Assembly: GCA_045614065.1 (NCBI GenBank)
Contig: JAZLCC010000049.1
Location: forward strand, 1-32,538
Source of the DNA: Eubacteriales bacterium
Lineage (GTDB): Bacteria > Bacillota > Clostridia > Oscillospirales > CAG-272
Direction: 5' to 3'
Length of the DNA stretch: 32,538 nt
Part shown: piece after piece, positions 6,891 through 16,254 of the stretch
Layout: every line of letters begins with the position of its first letter
Position numbering within the stretch: position 1 is the first letter of the stretch
Made by a program: the position numbers and the translations under genes
The notes under the pieces: model-generated
What the model was told of the DNA's origin: nothing
Databases searched by the model: none
Seen by the model: only the letters and a program-made list of their open reading frames with translations

Positions 6891-8275
6891 TTAATATAAC
6901 CTTTCATAATAGCGCATTCGGGAAGCTCGCCAAGTGAAAATCCAAGAGATTCTCGAAGCTCTGCCATTGCCCTCTCGCGCGAGAGATTGTTGCTTCTGCT
7001 TGCAATAGAAATTTCAAGAGCGCTAAACGGTATCATATCACTACGCATATGATAAAATCTCAAAAATTGAGAGTGCTCCTTGCATTTCTCTATCATACAG
7101 CTTGTATGCAAGCCCTTATTGCTCATTTCGGGAGCGACCCAACCGCACTCACGCACGATGGTGTCCTTGATTTTTTCCCAATCATAAACTCCGCCGCATA
7201 TTTCGTCAAGATCGACCTGAACGAATGCGGGAATATTTCCCGTTATGGAAGATATGCGAATGGCTCGTTTTAATGGATCCACTATATTTGGAACGTCCTT
7301 TATTGCCTTGCAAACGCTCGAAACGAGCTGGTTTGAATATCCCGACATATTTTTCAATTTGCTATCCCCGTATGCAAGCTGCTTCATTGTTGCAAGGGTG
7401 TGGAATTGCCCCATTGAAAACGGTGGGTGAAGCGTTAAAATTCTTCCCACGTTCAAAAGCGCATTCATTACCTTGCTCTGCGAAAATGAATAGGCTATTT
7501 TAGGCGCCATATGATTAAAATACAACCCAAGCATTTGCGCAGGCTCGTTGCCCGCCACAAAATACGGCACCTTATTTGCCACAAGCTCAGGATAAAACAA
7601 AACGTATGCAAGCGATGGACAAGCGCAGGTGTTCTCGCTCAAGGAATAAAGCTTTTTATATATCGCTCTCAAATCGTCATTCGATACTCTTCGACTTATG
7701 AACTCAACCGAATCCAAGTACGTTTTTGCGTTCTCTATGCTCTTTTTTGCAAGCTCCGACATATACGGTATCTCCCAAGTGAGAGCAAGCACACGAAGCT
7801 TTAAAACCCTTGAGAGATAATAAAGCAGATACGTAGAATCCTTTCCGCCCGTATAAAAAACCGCAACGTCAAATCTTGATTTCTTTGATTTTGGAAATCT
7901 ATTCATCACGGGGAGAATGCTTTTTAATTTTTTCGTTTCCTCGGCGGATTGACAAATCGGGCATCTGCCGTTTGAGTCAAACTCGATACCGGGTATCATA
8001 AAATCGTTTGCAACGCAGGTCGAGCAAAATCTCGCCTCGTCAAAGCAGGTGGGAATTTTTACTTTTTCCTCTGCTTTAACTATCTGCTTGCCCACAAAAG
8101 AGCCTAAAGCATCAAGCTCCTCTTGTGTAAGCTCGCACGGAAGCCTACCGATTATATCAGCTTGTCTTTTTGAAAGCTTTACCGTATTTTTAAAAAGATA
8201 CGGTCGGTTTCTAAGACCGTAATATTTCAAGATCCCGTTTTCTTCAAGCTTCCATCTGCTTTGTATGTCATACAT
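6887..8275 (-). CDS. Zinc-ribbon PP-loop ATP pyrophosphatase, N-acetyl sugar amidotransferase-like (WbuX/PseA type) with an extra N-terminal domain of about 75 aa
   Basis: A CSTC...CPIC ribbon is followed by the PP-loop FYTGGKDS. The C-terminal segment (HTSC...LRFYHMRSDMIPFSALEISIASRSNNLSRERAMAEL) resembles that family. An AGGTGA RBS is present. Confidence 0.65.
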   Translation of the reverse strand: MYDIQSRWKLEENGILKYYGLRNRPYLFKNTVKLSKRQADIIGRLPCELTQEELDALGSFVGKQIVKAEEKVKIPTCFDEARFCSTCVANDFMIPGIEFDSNGRCPICQSAEETKKLKSILPVMNRFPKSKKSRFDVAVFYTGGKDSTYLLYYLSRVLKLRVLALTWEIPYMSELAKKSIENAKTYLDSVEFISRRVSNDDLRAIYKKLYSLSENTCACPSLAYVLFYPELVANKVPYFVAGNEPAQMLGLYFNHMAPKIAYSFSQSKVMNALLNVGRILTLHPPFSMGQFHTLATMKQLAYGDSKLKNMSGYSNQLVSSVCKAIKDVPNIVDPLKRAIRISSITGNIPAFVQVDLDEICGGVYDWEKIKDTIVRECGWVAPEMSNKGLHTSCMIEKCKEHSQFLRFYHMRSDMIPFSALEISIASRSNNLSRERAMAELRESLGFSLGELPECAIMKGYIK

Positions 8276-8397
8276 TAAGGTTCACCTATTATATCTGCTT
8301 GTTTTACTTTGCCGTAGTTATAGAAGAAACAATATATCTTCTTATCTGACCGCAGGCTATATTGAGCGACACGAATATGATGCACATCGACGCCCAC

Positions 8398-9756
8398 TTA
8401 TCGGGTGAACGCCACAACCGACTCGACGTGTCCGCTTCTCGGAAACATATCAACGGGAGAAACGCTGCTCATCTCATAATTTCTCTCGATAAAATACCTT
8501 GCGTCTCGCGCCAAGGTATCGGGCGAGCAAGAGACGTAAACAACCTTTTTTACGCCGATATCCGCCAAGGTGTTTACAAGCCTTTCGGTGCTTCCCTTGC
8601 GCGGCGGGTCTATAACCACTACGTCGGGAACACAACCGCCCAAAGCCGAGAGGAGTATATCCTTATCCGATGCATCGGCGCAGATAAACTCGGCATTCTC
8701 TATGCCGTTGCGCTTCGCATTTTCTCTTGCGCATATTACTGCGCTTTCAACTATCTCAACACCAACAAGTCTTTTTGCGTTTTTTGCCATAGAAAGACCT
8801 ATCGTTCCCGTACCGCAATAAAGGTCGGCAATAAGCTCTCCGCCCTTAAGGTCGGCAAGCTCGCGCGCCTTGTTGTAAAGAAGCTCCGCGCCATCACGGT
8901 TAACCTGATAAAAAGATGCGGGGCTTATAAAAAATCTAAGTCCGCAAAGCTCGTCCTCAATACCGCTCTTGCCATAAAGCGTTTTGTACTCCTTGCCGAG
9001 CACAACGTTGGTATCTTCTCTATTAAAATTAAGCATAATGCTTACAACGCCATCGAATCTCTCGGTGATACGCTTAACAAGCGCATCGCTTCCGTTAAGC
9101 TCAAATCCGTTAAGTACAAGGCAAAGCATTATCTCGCCTGTTTTTTCGCCTATGCGAAGATATATATGTCGCAAAAGTCCGCTTTGCGTTTCCTCATTGT
9201 AGATGCTCCATCCCTGCTCGTCCGCAAGCTCGCAAACGGTGCGCAAGATCGGTGCAAAAACAGGATTTTGTATTGCACACCCCTCTGCGGGCACAACGTT
9301 ATGAGTTTTTGCGGCGTAAAATCCGGCAACGGTCTTTCCCTTTACCTTTGCCAAGGGATACTGCCCCTTATTTCTATATCCGCGCTCTCTGCCCGCAGAA
9401 AGAACGGGCAATATGCAAGCATCGGGTATTCCCGCCTTTGAAAAGGCGTTTTTTACGTAATTATGCTTTAATTCAAGCTCACGCTCGTATTTTATATGAC
9501 GGTAAACGCATCCGCCGCAGGAAAGCGGCATATCGCAAAATCCGTCCACTCTATCGGCGGATGGCTTGAGTATTTCCTCAAGCCTTGCCACCGAAAAGCT
9601 CTTGTTGACCTTTATTATCTTGGCACGCACGGTATCTCCGCTAACGGCGCCTCTTACGAATACGACCTTTCCGTCGATCCTTCCAACGCCGTTGCCGAAA
9701 TTGTTAAGGTCGGTTATATCGAGCTCTATTATAGAATCCTTTTTAAGCTCAGTCAT
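8398..9756 (-). CDS. rlmD: 23S rRNA (uracil-5-)-methyltransferase, RumA/RlmD family
   Basis: The protein has an N-terminal TRAM-like domain, Fe-S cysteines (CGGCVYRH, with a further Cys in AEGCAIQ), the SAM-binding motif DLYCGTGTIG, and DPPRKG. Confidence 0.9.
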   Translation of the reverse strand: MTELKKDSIIELDITDLNNFGNGVGRIDGKVVFVRGAVSGDTVRAKIIKVNKSFSVARLEEILKPSADRVDGFCDMPLSCGGCVYRHIKYERELELKHNYVKNAFSKAGIPDACILPVLSAGRERGYRNKGQYPLAKVKGKTVAGFYAAKTHNVVPAEGCAIQNPVFAPILRTVCELADEQGWSIYNEETQSGLLRHIYLRIGEKTGEIMLCLVLNGFELNGSDALVKRITERFDGVVSIMLNFNREDTNVVLGKEYKTLYGKSGIEDELCGLRFFISPASFYQVNRDGAELLYNKARELADLKGGELIADLYCGTGTIGLSMAKNAKRLVGVEIVESAVICARENAKRNGIENAEFICADASDKDILLSALGGCVPDVVVIDPPRKGSTERLVNTLADIGVKKVVYVSCSPDTLARDARYFIERNYEMSSVSPVDMFPRSGHVESVVAFTR

Positions 9757-10444
9757 TTATATAATATTCCCTGCCGTTATCAAGGCAAAGACAAGCCAAG
9801 GGCTCGCCAAACGCCGCACCGCAATCTATAATTATAGATCCCTCACCGTAAAATATCTTTCCGTTATCTGCGCCCTCGATCATATAGGTGGGAACGTGGC
9901 CCGCAATAACCGTTACGCCGTCAATAAGCTCTCTTTCAAGATCGATAGGCTCCGAGATAAAATCCTCAGGCATATAATCCTCAAGTGGCGTGCTTGCATC
10001 ATAGTCGGCAATTCCCGCATGAACGAGAAGATACTTGTGTTTGCCAACCTTGACCTCCTCGTAAAGCGACATATCCTCAAGATACTCAATAAGTCCCTCG
10101 CGAAGATCGGCGTCAAGCGCCTTGAAATCCTCCATTACCTTAGCGCCTCCGTCTTCCATCCAAGCAGCCATTTCGGCAATTACGTCCTGATCGGGACGAA
10201 TACCGTCAACAAGCATATCGTTAAGGGCACGGAGCATACGAACCGCTCTGTAATCGTGGTCGCCCACTATCGGAATAATATTAAATCTCATACTGAGATC
10301 GCAAAGAAGCTCTATAGACTCGTCGCCGTAGTCAACGATATCGCCAAGAACGTACATAATATCCTTATCTGCAAAATTTATCTCCTTAAGGAGCTTTTGA
10401 AACTTTGCATTTGAACCGTGAAGATCGGAAACAACGTAAACCAT
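9749..10444 (-). CDS. Metallophosphoesterase (Ser/Thr phosphatase / ApaH-like family)
   Basis: The calcineurin-like motifs DLHG, GDIVDYG and GDHD, plus a later VHAG, are present. I prefer the ATG at 10442-10444 (MVYVVSDLHG), which sits 9 nt after GGAGG. The longer track ORF starts inside that RBS. Confidence 0.8.
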   Translation of the reverse strand: MVYVVSDLHGSNAKFQKLLKEINFADKDIMYVLGDIVDYGDESIELLCDLSMRFNIIPIVGDHDYRAVRMLRALNDMLVDGIRPDQDVIAEMAAWMEDGGAKVMEDFKALDADLREGLIEYLEDMSLYEEVKVGKHKYLLVHAGIADYDASTPLEDYMPEDFISEPIDLERELIDGVTVIAGHVPTYMIEGADNGKIFYGEGSIIIDCGAAFGEPLACLCLDNGREYYIND

Positions 10445-10469
10445 AATATTTTCCTCCAAAAATCTTTTC

Positions 10470-11246
10470 TTAAATTGCTTTTATTACGTTACTGAAATAA
10501 ACGTCGCATTCAATTGACGGGTCTATCTCAAAAATGAACTCCTTCAATACACCGCAAACGGGATGCTCTGTAAAAAAGTGTCCTGCCTCAACGAGGTTAA
10601 GCGGCGCATATTTAAAATCGGGCGCATCGGTCATTGCGTGATAATCGAGCGTGCCGCTAAGATAGGTATCTGCGCAAAGCTCGCGCGCGGCAGAAATAAA
10701 GCTTCCGCCACCGCCGCCAACAACGGCAACCTTATGTGCTTTTACGCCTGCGTTTGCCAAAAGAACGTAGGGCGCGCCAAGAAGCTCCTTAACACGCTTT
10801 GCAAACTCCTCGGGCTCAATAGGCTCCTTAAGATAGCCTATTCTTCCAAGCTCGATGCCGTCTGTGGCTACCGTGCCAACGTCGGAAAGCTCCAAAAGCT
10901 CTGCAAGCTTATCGTTAACACCGCCCTCACAAGCGTCAAGACGGGTGTGGAATGACATTACCGATATTCCCGCCTCTATTATTTTTATTACCTTTGAGGA
11001 GATATATCCCTCATCGTCAACCGACTTAAGTCCGTTGAAAATAAATGGGTGGTGCGAAATTATAACGTCGTATCCGTTATCTCTCGCATAGTCAACGACC
11101 TCGCCCGTAACGTCGAGCGCAGTAAGTACCTTTTTTACCTCCTTGCTTCCGTTAGGACAGCACATAAGTCCGTCATTATCCCAAGAGCAGGAAAGCTCGC
11201 GGGGTATTCTTTTATCAAGTGCAGAATAAAGCTCTCTTACGTTCAT
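10470..11246 (-). CDS. Nif3-like dinuclear metal centre protein (YqfO family)
   Basis: Family-typical segments include DVIISHHP, FHTRLD and a C-terminal GHFFTEH. The gene is adjacent to trmK, as in the Bacillus yqfN-yqfO arrangement. Confidence 0.9.
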   Translation of the reverse strand: MNVRELYSALDKRIPRELSCSWDNDGLMCCPNGSKEVKKVLTALDVTGEVVDYARDNGYDVIISHHPFIFNGLKSVDDEGYISSKVIKIIEAGISVMSFHTRLDACEGGVNDKLAELLELSDVGTVATDGIELGRIGYLKEPIEPEEFAKRVKELLGAPYVLLANAGVKAHKVAVVGGGGGSFISAARELCADTYLSGTLDYHAMTDAPDFKYAPLNLVEAGHFFTEHPVCGVLKEFIFEIDPSIECDVYFSNVIKAI

Positions 11247-11260
11247 TTTTTCTATCTCCG

Positions 11261-11941
11261 TTAGATATTTTCGTATTCGTTTATCAAATTCAAAAGCTCG
11301 CCGTCATCTCCCGCAGAAAGTCCTGCGCTTTTTTTACCCTCTATACGGGCATTTAAAATTGCAGACTCTCGCCTTAAAGCATCAAGCAAAAGAGGCTCGC
11401 GGCGCAAAAGATTTATTTTGCCAAAGTGAAGCTCAAGCAAGCTCGCTTCGGTGTTTCTCTCGGTATATCTTGCCTCAAGCATCTGATATATCTTGCCGTC
11501 CTCAATAATCATCTCCTCGGTTATCTCAAAGCCGTTTGAGAAAAGAAATTCTCTTAAAAGCTCGGGATGCGTCATCGGCTGCAAAATAAGTCTTGGGCGT
11601 TTTTCCTTTACCCATTCAGCGCTTGAAATAATATTTAAAATAAGCTCGCCACCCATACCGAGAATAAAAACGGTATCGGGCGAATATTCGTCTATTTTGG
11701 AAAGTCCGTCAGAAAGAACGGGGATAACGCCGTCCTCTGCGGAAAATTCGAGAATATTGCGTTTTGCCCTCTCGATAGGGCCTTCATTTATATCACTTAC
11801 AACGGCGCCTCTTATCTTACCCTTTGTGTAAAGATATATCGGCAAATATGCGTGGTCGGTTCCGACGTCGGCGATAAACTCGCCGCCCTTGATAAAGCCT
11901 GCCGCCGCCAAAAGTCTTTTGCTGATTTTCGGTGAATTCAC
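11261..11941 (-). CDS. trmK: tRNA (adenine22-N1)-methyltransferase TrmK
   Basis: The sequence ISKRLLAAAGFIKGGEFIADVGTDHAYLPIYL matches TrmK/YqfN. The start is GTG at 11939-11941, 8 nt after GGAG. Confidence 0.85.
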   Translation of the reverse strand: MNSPKISKRLLAAAGFIKGGEFIADVGTDHAYLPIYLYTKGKIRGAVVSDINEGPIERAKRNILEFSAEDGVIPVLSDGLSKIDEYSPDTVFILGMGGELILNIISSAEWVKEKRPRLILQPMTHPELLREFLFSNGFEITEEMIIEDGKIYQMLEARYTERNTEASLLELHFGKINLLRREPLLLDALRRESAILNARIEGKKSAGLSAGDDGELLNLINEYENI

Positions 11942-12052
11942 GTTTTGCTCCGTATTTATCGATTTTTTGTAATTTTTTCAAATAAATTCTGCCAAAGCCC
12001 GCCTCACCGAAAGAACGGCAAAAGCGGGCTTTAAGCAAAGCGTTGATTTATC

Positions 12053-12250
12053 TTACGCCTCTAAAAAAGCGTTGATCTTTTCTACGAGCGCATCCGCATC
12101 AGTTCCGTGAACTGCGCAAGCATCCTCAATGGATTCGCCTCTTGCAGAGGGGCATCCCAAGCAATGCATGCCTATCTCAAAGAAAAACTGTGCCGTTTCG
12201 GGCGCAAAATCAAGAACGTCGCCAATGATAGATTCTTTGGTTACCTTCAT
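12053..12250 (-). CDS. DUF1858 / hybrid-cluster-associated redox disulfide-like small protein
   Basis: The 65-aa product contains GMHCLGCPSARGESIEDAC. A strong GGAGGA RBS is present. Confidence 0.75.
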   Translation of the reverse strand: MKVTKESIIGDVLDFAPETAQFFFEIGMHCLGCPSARGESIEDACAVHGTDADALVEKINAFLEA

Positions 12251-12424
12251 TTTAAATTCCTCCTTAAACGAATTATCTTACTTAAATATTATAAGCAAAA
12301 AAGCTCAAAAAGTCAATAAAAACACTTTATTTTTTAAAAAAATTATGTTATAATACTAAAGATCAAGAAAATTTTACCTTTTTAGGTTGACTTTATAAAA
12401 GCCTATATCAATCAAGGAGGAAAT

Positions 12425-14542
12425 ATGTCCCCGAAAAAGCAAAATCAGTCCGAAAGTCCGATAAAAAAGAACGGTCAGCCGATAGCGTTTGCCATTATAA
12501 GCGCTTGGCTCCTTACCCTCTCGGGCTTTTCACTAATTTCACCAATAACCTTTGCAAGAGTTCCCGAATATACCGACAGTATACCGATAGCTTTGTTCTT
12601 TTTAATAGTCGTTAGCCTCTCGGCGGGTCTCTTTTGCCTTAACAAATTTCTTCTAAAGAAATCGCTCTTTATAATCATGCCGCTTTCCTTTATGGTCTAC
12701 GGCGCAGTATCAACCGCTCTTTCGGCAAACAACGTAGCAACAAGAGCATTCTCGGCATTTATATTTGCAATTCTCTCGCTTATTATATTGGTTCTTTGCA
12801 TAAACTACGCAAAAAATCAAAAAATACCGCTTCCCACAAAGGATATTTCCTTTACGGCGTCGCTTATTATAGTTATTTCGGCATTCGTTATTCTCTCGGC
12901 GTATTGGATATTCTTGCTTTGGGCAAGAACCTCCAGCTACTGCGCACCGGGATTTGATATGGGAATATTCACGCAGATGTACGATAATATGGTTGAGGCA
13001 AAATTCGGCTTCCAGCCTATAACCACCTGCGAGCGAGGCTCCGAGCTTTCGCACTTTGCGGTGCATTTCTCGCCCATTCTCTACTTCTTGATGCCCTTCT
13101 GCCTCTTTATCGAGCCCACAATAGTGCTCGTATTTGCGCAGATACTCTTGGTTCTCTCGGGCGTGTTCCCGATATTCCTCATTTGCAGACAGGTAAAGCT
13201 CTCAAACCTCAAAACAACGGTTATGTCCTTGCTCTACCTCTTGTATCCCGCAATGAGCAGTGGCTCGTTCTACGATTTCCACGAGAATGCATTTTTAGCT
13301 CCGTTAATACTTTGGACTCTCTATTTCTCACATAAGAAAAAATGGTATAACACCCTGCTTATGTTTATATTTGCTCTCCTCGTGCTTATGGTCAAGGAGG
13401 ATGCGGCGATATACGTTGCGTTTATATCGCTCTACCTTATTTTCGGTCAAAGAAAATACGTTCGCGGAGCATCGATGTTCGTAATGACGGTGGCATACTT
13501 CTTCTTTGCGATATATATGATATCCTTCTTCCAACAGGATATGGTATTCGGCGCAGAGGGAAATATGCTAAGCTCACGCTACGCAAACATCATAGGCGAG
13601 GAGGGTGGATTCCTCTCTCTCGTCAAGGTGCTTATTCTTAACCCTGCGCTCTATGCGGTTGAAAGCCTTACGGCAGATAAGCTCACCTATGCGCTTAATA
13701 TGCTCCTTCCCCTTGCATTCCTTCCGCTTATCACGCGCAAGCCCTCTCGTTGGCTCCTTTTAGGCCCCTTCTACGTTTTAAATCTCGTTACCGACTATCA
13801 GTATCAGTACGATATCGGATTCCAATACTCCTTTGGCTCGGGAGCACTTCTTATCTACCTTGCGGTAGTTAACCTTGCAGACCTTTCAAGCGACGCACTC
13901 TTCCCCTCTGCCAATACAGAAATTGAGTTTAACGAATCGGCAATAGACGAGGCTATCGCATTAAGCGAATCCGAGAGCGATGCCGCTGCGGCTATCAAGG
14001 AAAGCGTTGCGTCTATCGTTATAAAGAAGTTAAAGCAGGAAAAGGTGAGATTCATATCCTACCTTACCACAATAGGACTTATATTTGCAATATTCTCTGC
14101 GGTATTTATTCAGGCAGGCAGAGCGCCCGCGCACTTCACCTATGCAAGACGCCTTGTGAGCGAGAGCCAATCAATAGAAACGGCAACCGAGGTGCTCTCA
14201 CGCATCGACCGCAACAAGAGCATTTTTGCAACCTCGATGTATATCACACCTCTTTACGATGCAGACGAGCTTTACAGTGCGCTTCAAGTCTTTGACGGAA
14301 ACAACAATATAATCTACTACACCGATATCGTTGTTCTCGATTTGAGAGATTATATTTCCGACTCGAAGAAGGCGGGACTTTGGACAAGCAAATATCTCCT
14401 TGACGGCTACGAAATAATCGAAGAGCACGAGGGAGTAATAAGAGTTTTGCAAAGAACCGAGGAATCTCCCCCCACGGGCTACTCCGAGGAATATCTCAGA
14501 TATCAAGAATACCTCAAAGAGGCGCAAAACGAAGAACAATAA
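12425..14542 (+). CDS. DUF2079-like polytopic membrane protein with a C-terminal extension
   Basis: The protein has many TM helices and a DUF2079-like core (PGFDMGIFTQMYDN...HFAVHFSPILYFLMP). This is followed by an acidic linker, one more TM helix, and a tail domain of about 160 aa. An AAGGAGG RBS is present. Confidence 0.7.
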   Translation: MSPKKQNQSESPIKKNGQPIAFAIISAWLLTLSGFSLISPITFARVPEYTDSIPIALFFLIVVSLSAGLFCLNKFLLKKSLFIIMPLSFMVYGAVSTALSANNVATRAFSAFIFAILSLIILVLCINYAKNQKIPLPTKDISFTASLIIVISAFVILSAYWIFLLWARTSSYCAPGFDMGIFTQMYDNMVEAKFGFQPITTCERGSELSHFAVHFSPILYFLMPFCLFIEPTIVLVFAQILLVLSGVFPIFLICRQVKLSNLKTTVMSLLYLLYPAMSSGSFYDFHENAFLAPLILWTLYFSHKKKWYNTLLMFIFALLVLMVKEDAAIYVAFISLYLIFGQRKYVRGASMFVMTVAYFFFAIYMISFFQQDMVFGAEGNMLSSRYANIIGEEGGFLSLVKVLILNPALYAVESLTADKLTYALNMLLPLAFLPLITRKPSRWLLLGPFYVLNLVTDYQYQYDIGFQYSFGSGALLIYLAVVNLADLSSDALFPSANTEIEFNESAIDEAIALSESESDAAAAIKESVASIVIKKLKQEKVRFISYLTTIGLIFAIFSAVFIQAGRAPAHFTYARRLVSESQSIETATEVLSRIDRNKSIFATSMYITPLYDADELYSALQVFDGNNNIIYYTDIVVLDLRDYISDSKKAGLWTSKYLLDGYEIIEEHEGVIRVLQRTEESPPTGYSEEYLRYQEYLKEAQNEEQ

Positions 14543-14548
14543 TACAAA

Positions 14549-14592
14549 AAGGCTGAGTCAAAAGCTATTAATCAAGCTTAAGACTCGGCCTT
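14549..14592. terminator. Bidirectional terminator between convergent genes
   Basis: A long hairpin pairs AAGGCTGAGTC with GACTCGGCCTT, with an inner AAGCT/AGCTT stem. It is flanked by an A-run upstream and ATTTTTAT downstream. Confidence 0.6.
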
Positions 14593-14606
14593 ATTTTTAT
14601 AATCTT

Positions 14607-16109
14607 CTATTTCTCAATAACCACAAAATTACCGTTATCAATTCTTTCGGATATCTGCTCTAACGGCACACGATAGCGCTTTGCAAGGTCAAATGCGCTC
14701 TCGCTTGAAGAGGTAAAGCACACGATAAATTGATTTTTCTCCTGCTTAATATCCTCTCCAAAGCTTGCGCTTGAAAGTATATCGACCTCGCTCTCACCGT
14801 AGGCTATTGCCGATATCGAGAGCTCGCTTTCGATAAGCAGATTTTCTCTATCACTGCGCGCACGCGGATTGCTTACGCAAACGCTTGCGTTGTATCCCTT
14901 GACACAAAGCTCGCCACCATCGCTCTCTTGCTTAAAGGGGATCGTTAGATCACAGGCGCAAAGCTCGCCGTCGCATCGGTAAATAATTTTATATTTCGTC
15001 TTTCCCCTAAGAGTGTATCTTCCCTTTTCAAGCGAGCATTCCTCGCATTCGGCGTTGCCAAACACGTCGATTATCTCGGCATCCTCAGGGAGCCCTATAT
15101 CCGAGATAGGCATGCGCTCGCTCTGCGTGATGCTCGAATTTTTGTTGAACAAAAGCACGGGCAGAGCTATTTTCTTATATTCCGCAGAGCAGGTCTGCTT
15201 TGTTGAGAAGATGTCCTTAACAAGGCTCACACCCGCATTCTGCGCAACGCAGACCTCTAAAACAACGCCCGCCTCAATGCTTGCTCTGCCATCCTCAACG
15301 CTCACGTCGATCTCGTTAACGCTACCCGTAGCGCGGCAGAATATATCTCCCTCGTAAAGCTCAAGCTCGTCAAGATCACTCTCCGCATCAAACGGCAATC
15401 TTCTTGCCACGCGCTCGATCCTTCCATCCTCTTCAACAAGCAAGCGAATAATTGCCTCACCGCTGATTCTCACAACCTCGCCGTCAACCCGTGCATCGCT
15501 TACGATAACCTCACCGCTTGAATAGATTATTCTTGCATCGGGGCCAATCATATACTCGTCGGAGAGCATTACAACGTCCGAGCTCTCGCAACGCAGAAAT
15601 GCACAAGTGGCGTCCTCTTGACGTCGGTATAGCGCCTCGGACTCATTCTCGCCCCGCAGATCCTCGCAGAGCGTAGATCTTCCAAAGCAGGAAACGTCGC
15701 ATCTCACAGCGCCTCTTATCTGCAATCTTCTCGGCGAGCTTATTCTCACGCTTGAGCCGTCGCTCAAAAGCGAGCATATCACCGATGCGCTCTCGCCTAT
15801 ATCAAGCCTTTCGGCATTCTCCAACGGCATCGAGCAGCCGTACTCTGCGGAAAATGGCACTCCGTAAATTTTTCCGTCAACGCCTGAGTACAAAATGACG
15901 TAATCTATAGCTCCGCTTATATCCACACTTCTCGCCCCGATAAATTTTGAGGGCGAGAGCAGATTCTCACGCAAGGCAAGAACTCTGCGCACGTCGGGAT
16001 ACCCCTCGGGTATAGTAACGTCCTCGTTTATATCACAATTTATTACCCTTTTAGACATGGGCAAGGATATCACGCTCTCGGGTGCTCCCGTTTCCATATT
16101 ATAGCTCAT
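14607..16109 (-). CDS. DUF3794-domain sporulation protein, SipL-like, with a LysM-like C-terminus
   Basis: The 500-aa product has repeated DUF3794-like units (IPEGYPDVRRVL...GAIDYVILYSG). The C-terminus (FDLAKRYRVPLEQISE) is LysM-like. An AAGGAGAG RBS is present. Confidence 0.6.
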   Translation of the reverse strand: MSYNMETGAPESVISLPMSKRVINCDINEDVTIPEGYPDVRRVLALRENLLSPSKFIGARSVDISGAIDYVILYSGVDGKIYGVPFSAEYGCSMPLENAERLDIGESASVICSLLSDGSSVRISSPRRLQIRGAVRCDVSCFGRSTLCEDLRGENESEALYRRQEDATCAFLRCESSDVVMLSDEYMIGPDARIIYSSGEVIVSDARVDGEVVRISGEAIIRLLVEEDGRIERVARRLPFDAESDLDELELYEGDIFCRATGSVNEIDVSVEDGRASIEAGVVLEVCVAQNAGVSLVKDIFSTKQTCSAEYKKIALPVLLFNKNSSITQSERMPISDIGLPEDAEIIDVFGNAECEECSLEKGRYTLRGKTKYKIIYRCDGELCACDLTIPFKQESDGGELCVKGYNASVCVSNPRARSDRENLLIESELSISAIAYGESEVDILSSASFGEDIKQEKNQFIVCFTSSSESAFDLAKRYRVPLEQISERIDNGNFVVIEK

Positions 16110-16186
16110 TTTATCTCTCCTTAAAGAATAAATTTTGTTTCTCGTAAAAAATCTATGATGTTAACTGCCTTTTTATTACAAAATCT

Positions 16187-16215
16187 TTGACATAAGAGAA
16201 AAAATATGATATAAT
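16187..16215 (+). promoter_or_regulatory. Consensus sigma-A promoter for the DUF512-der-HAD operon
   Basis: TTGACA (16187-16192), a 17-nt spacer and TGaTATAAT (hexamer 16210-16215). Confidence 0.6.
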
Positions 16216-16254
16216 ATACTTTGTATGCTCATAAGACAACAAAGGAGGAGAAAA

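Noticed and set aside
8304-8387. A 27-aa ORF (MCIIFVSLNIACGQIRRYIVSSITTAK) upstream of the PP-loop gene, considered as a possible RiPP precursor
   Set aside because: It has no convincing RBS and starts only 11 nt after the rlmD stop codon. There is no leader/core-like organisation, and I have no way to test conservation here.
8362-10414. Two long plus-strand ORFs (8362-9441 and 9566-10414)
   Set aside because: They are antisense to rlmD and the metallophosphoesterase gene. They have no motifs or RBS, so they are shadow ORFs.
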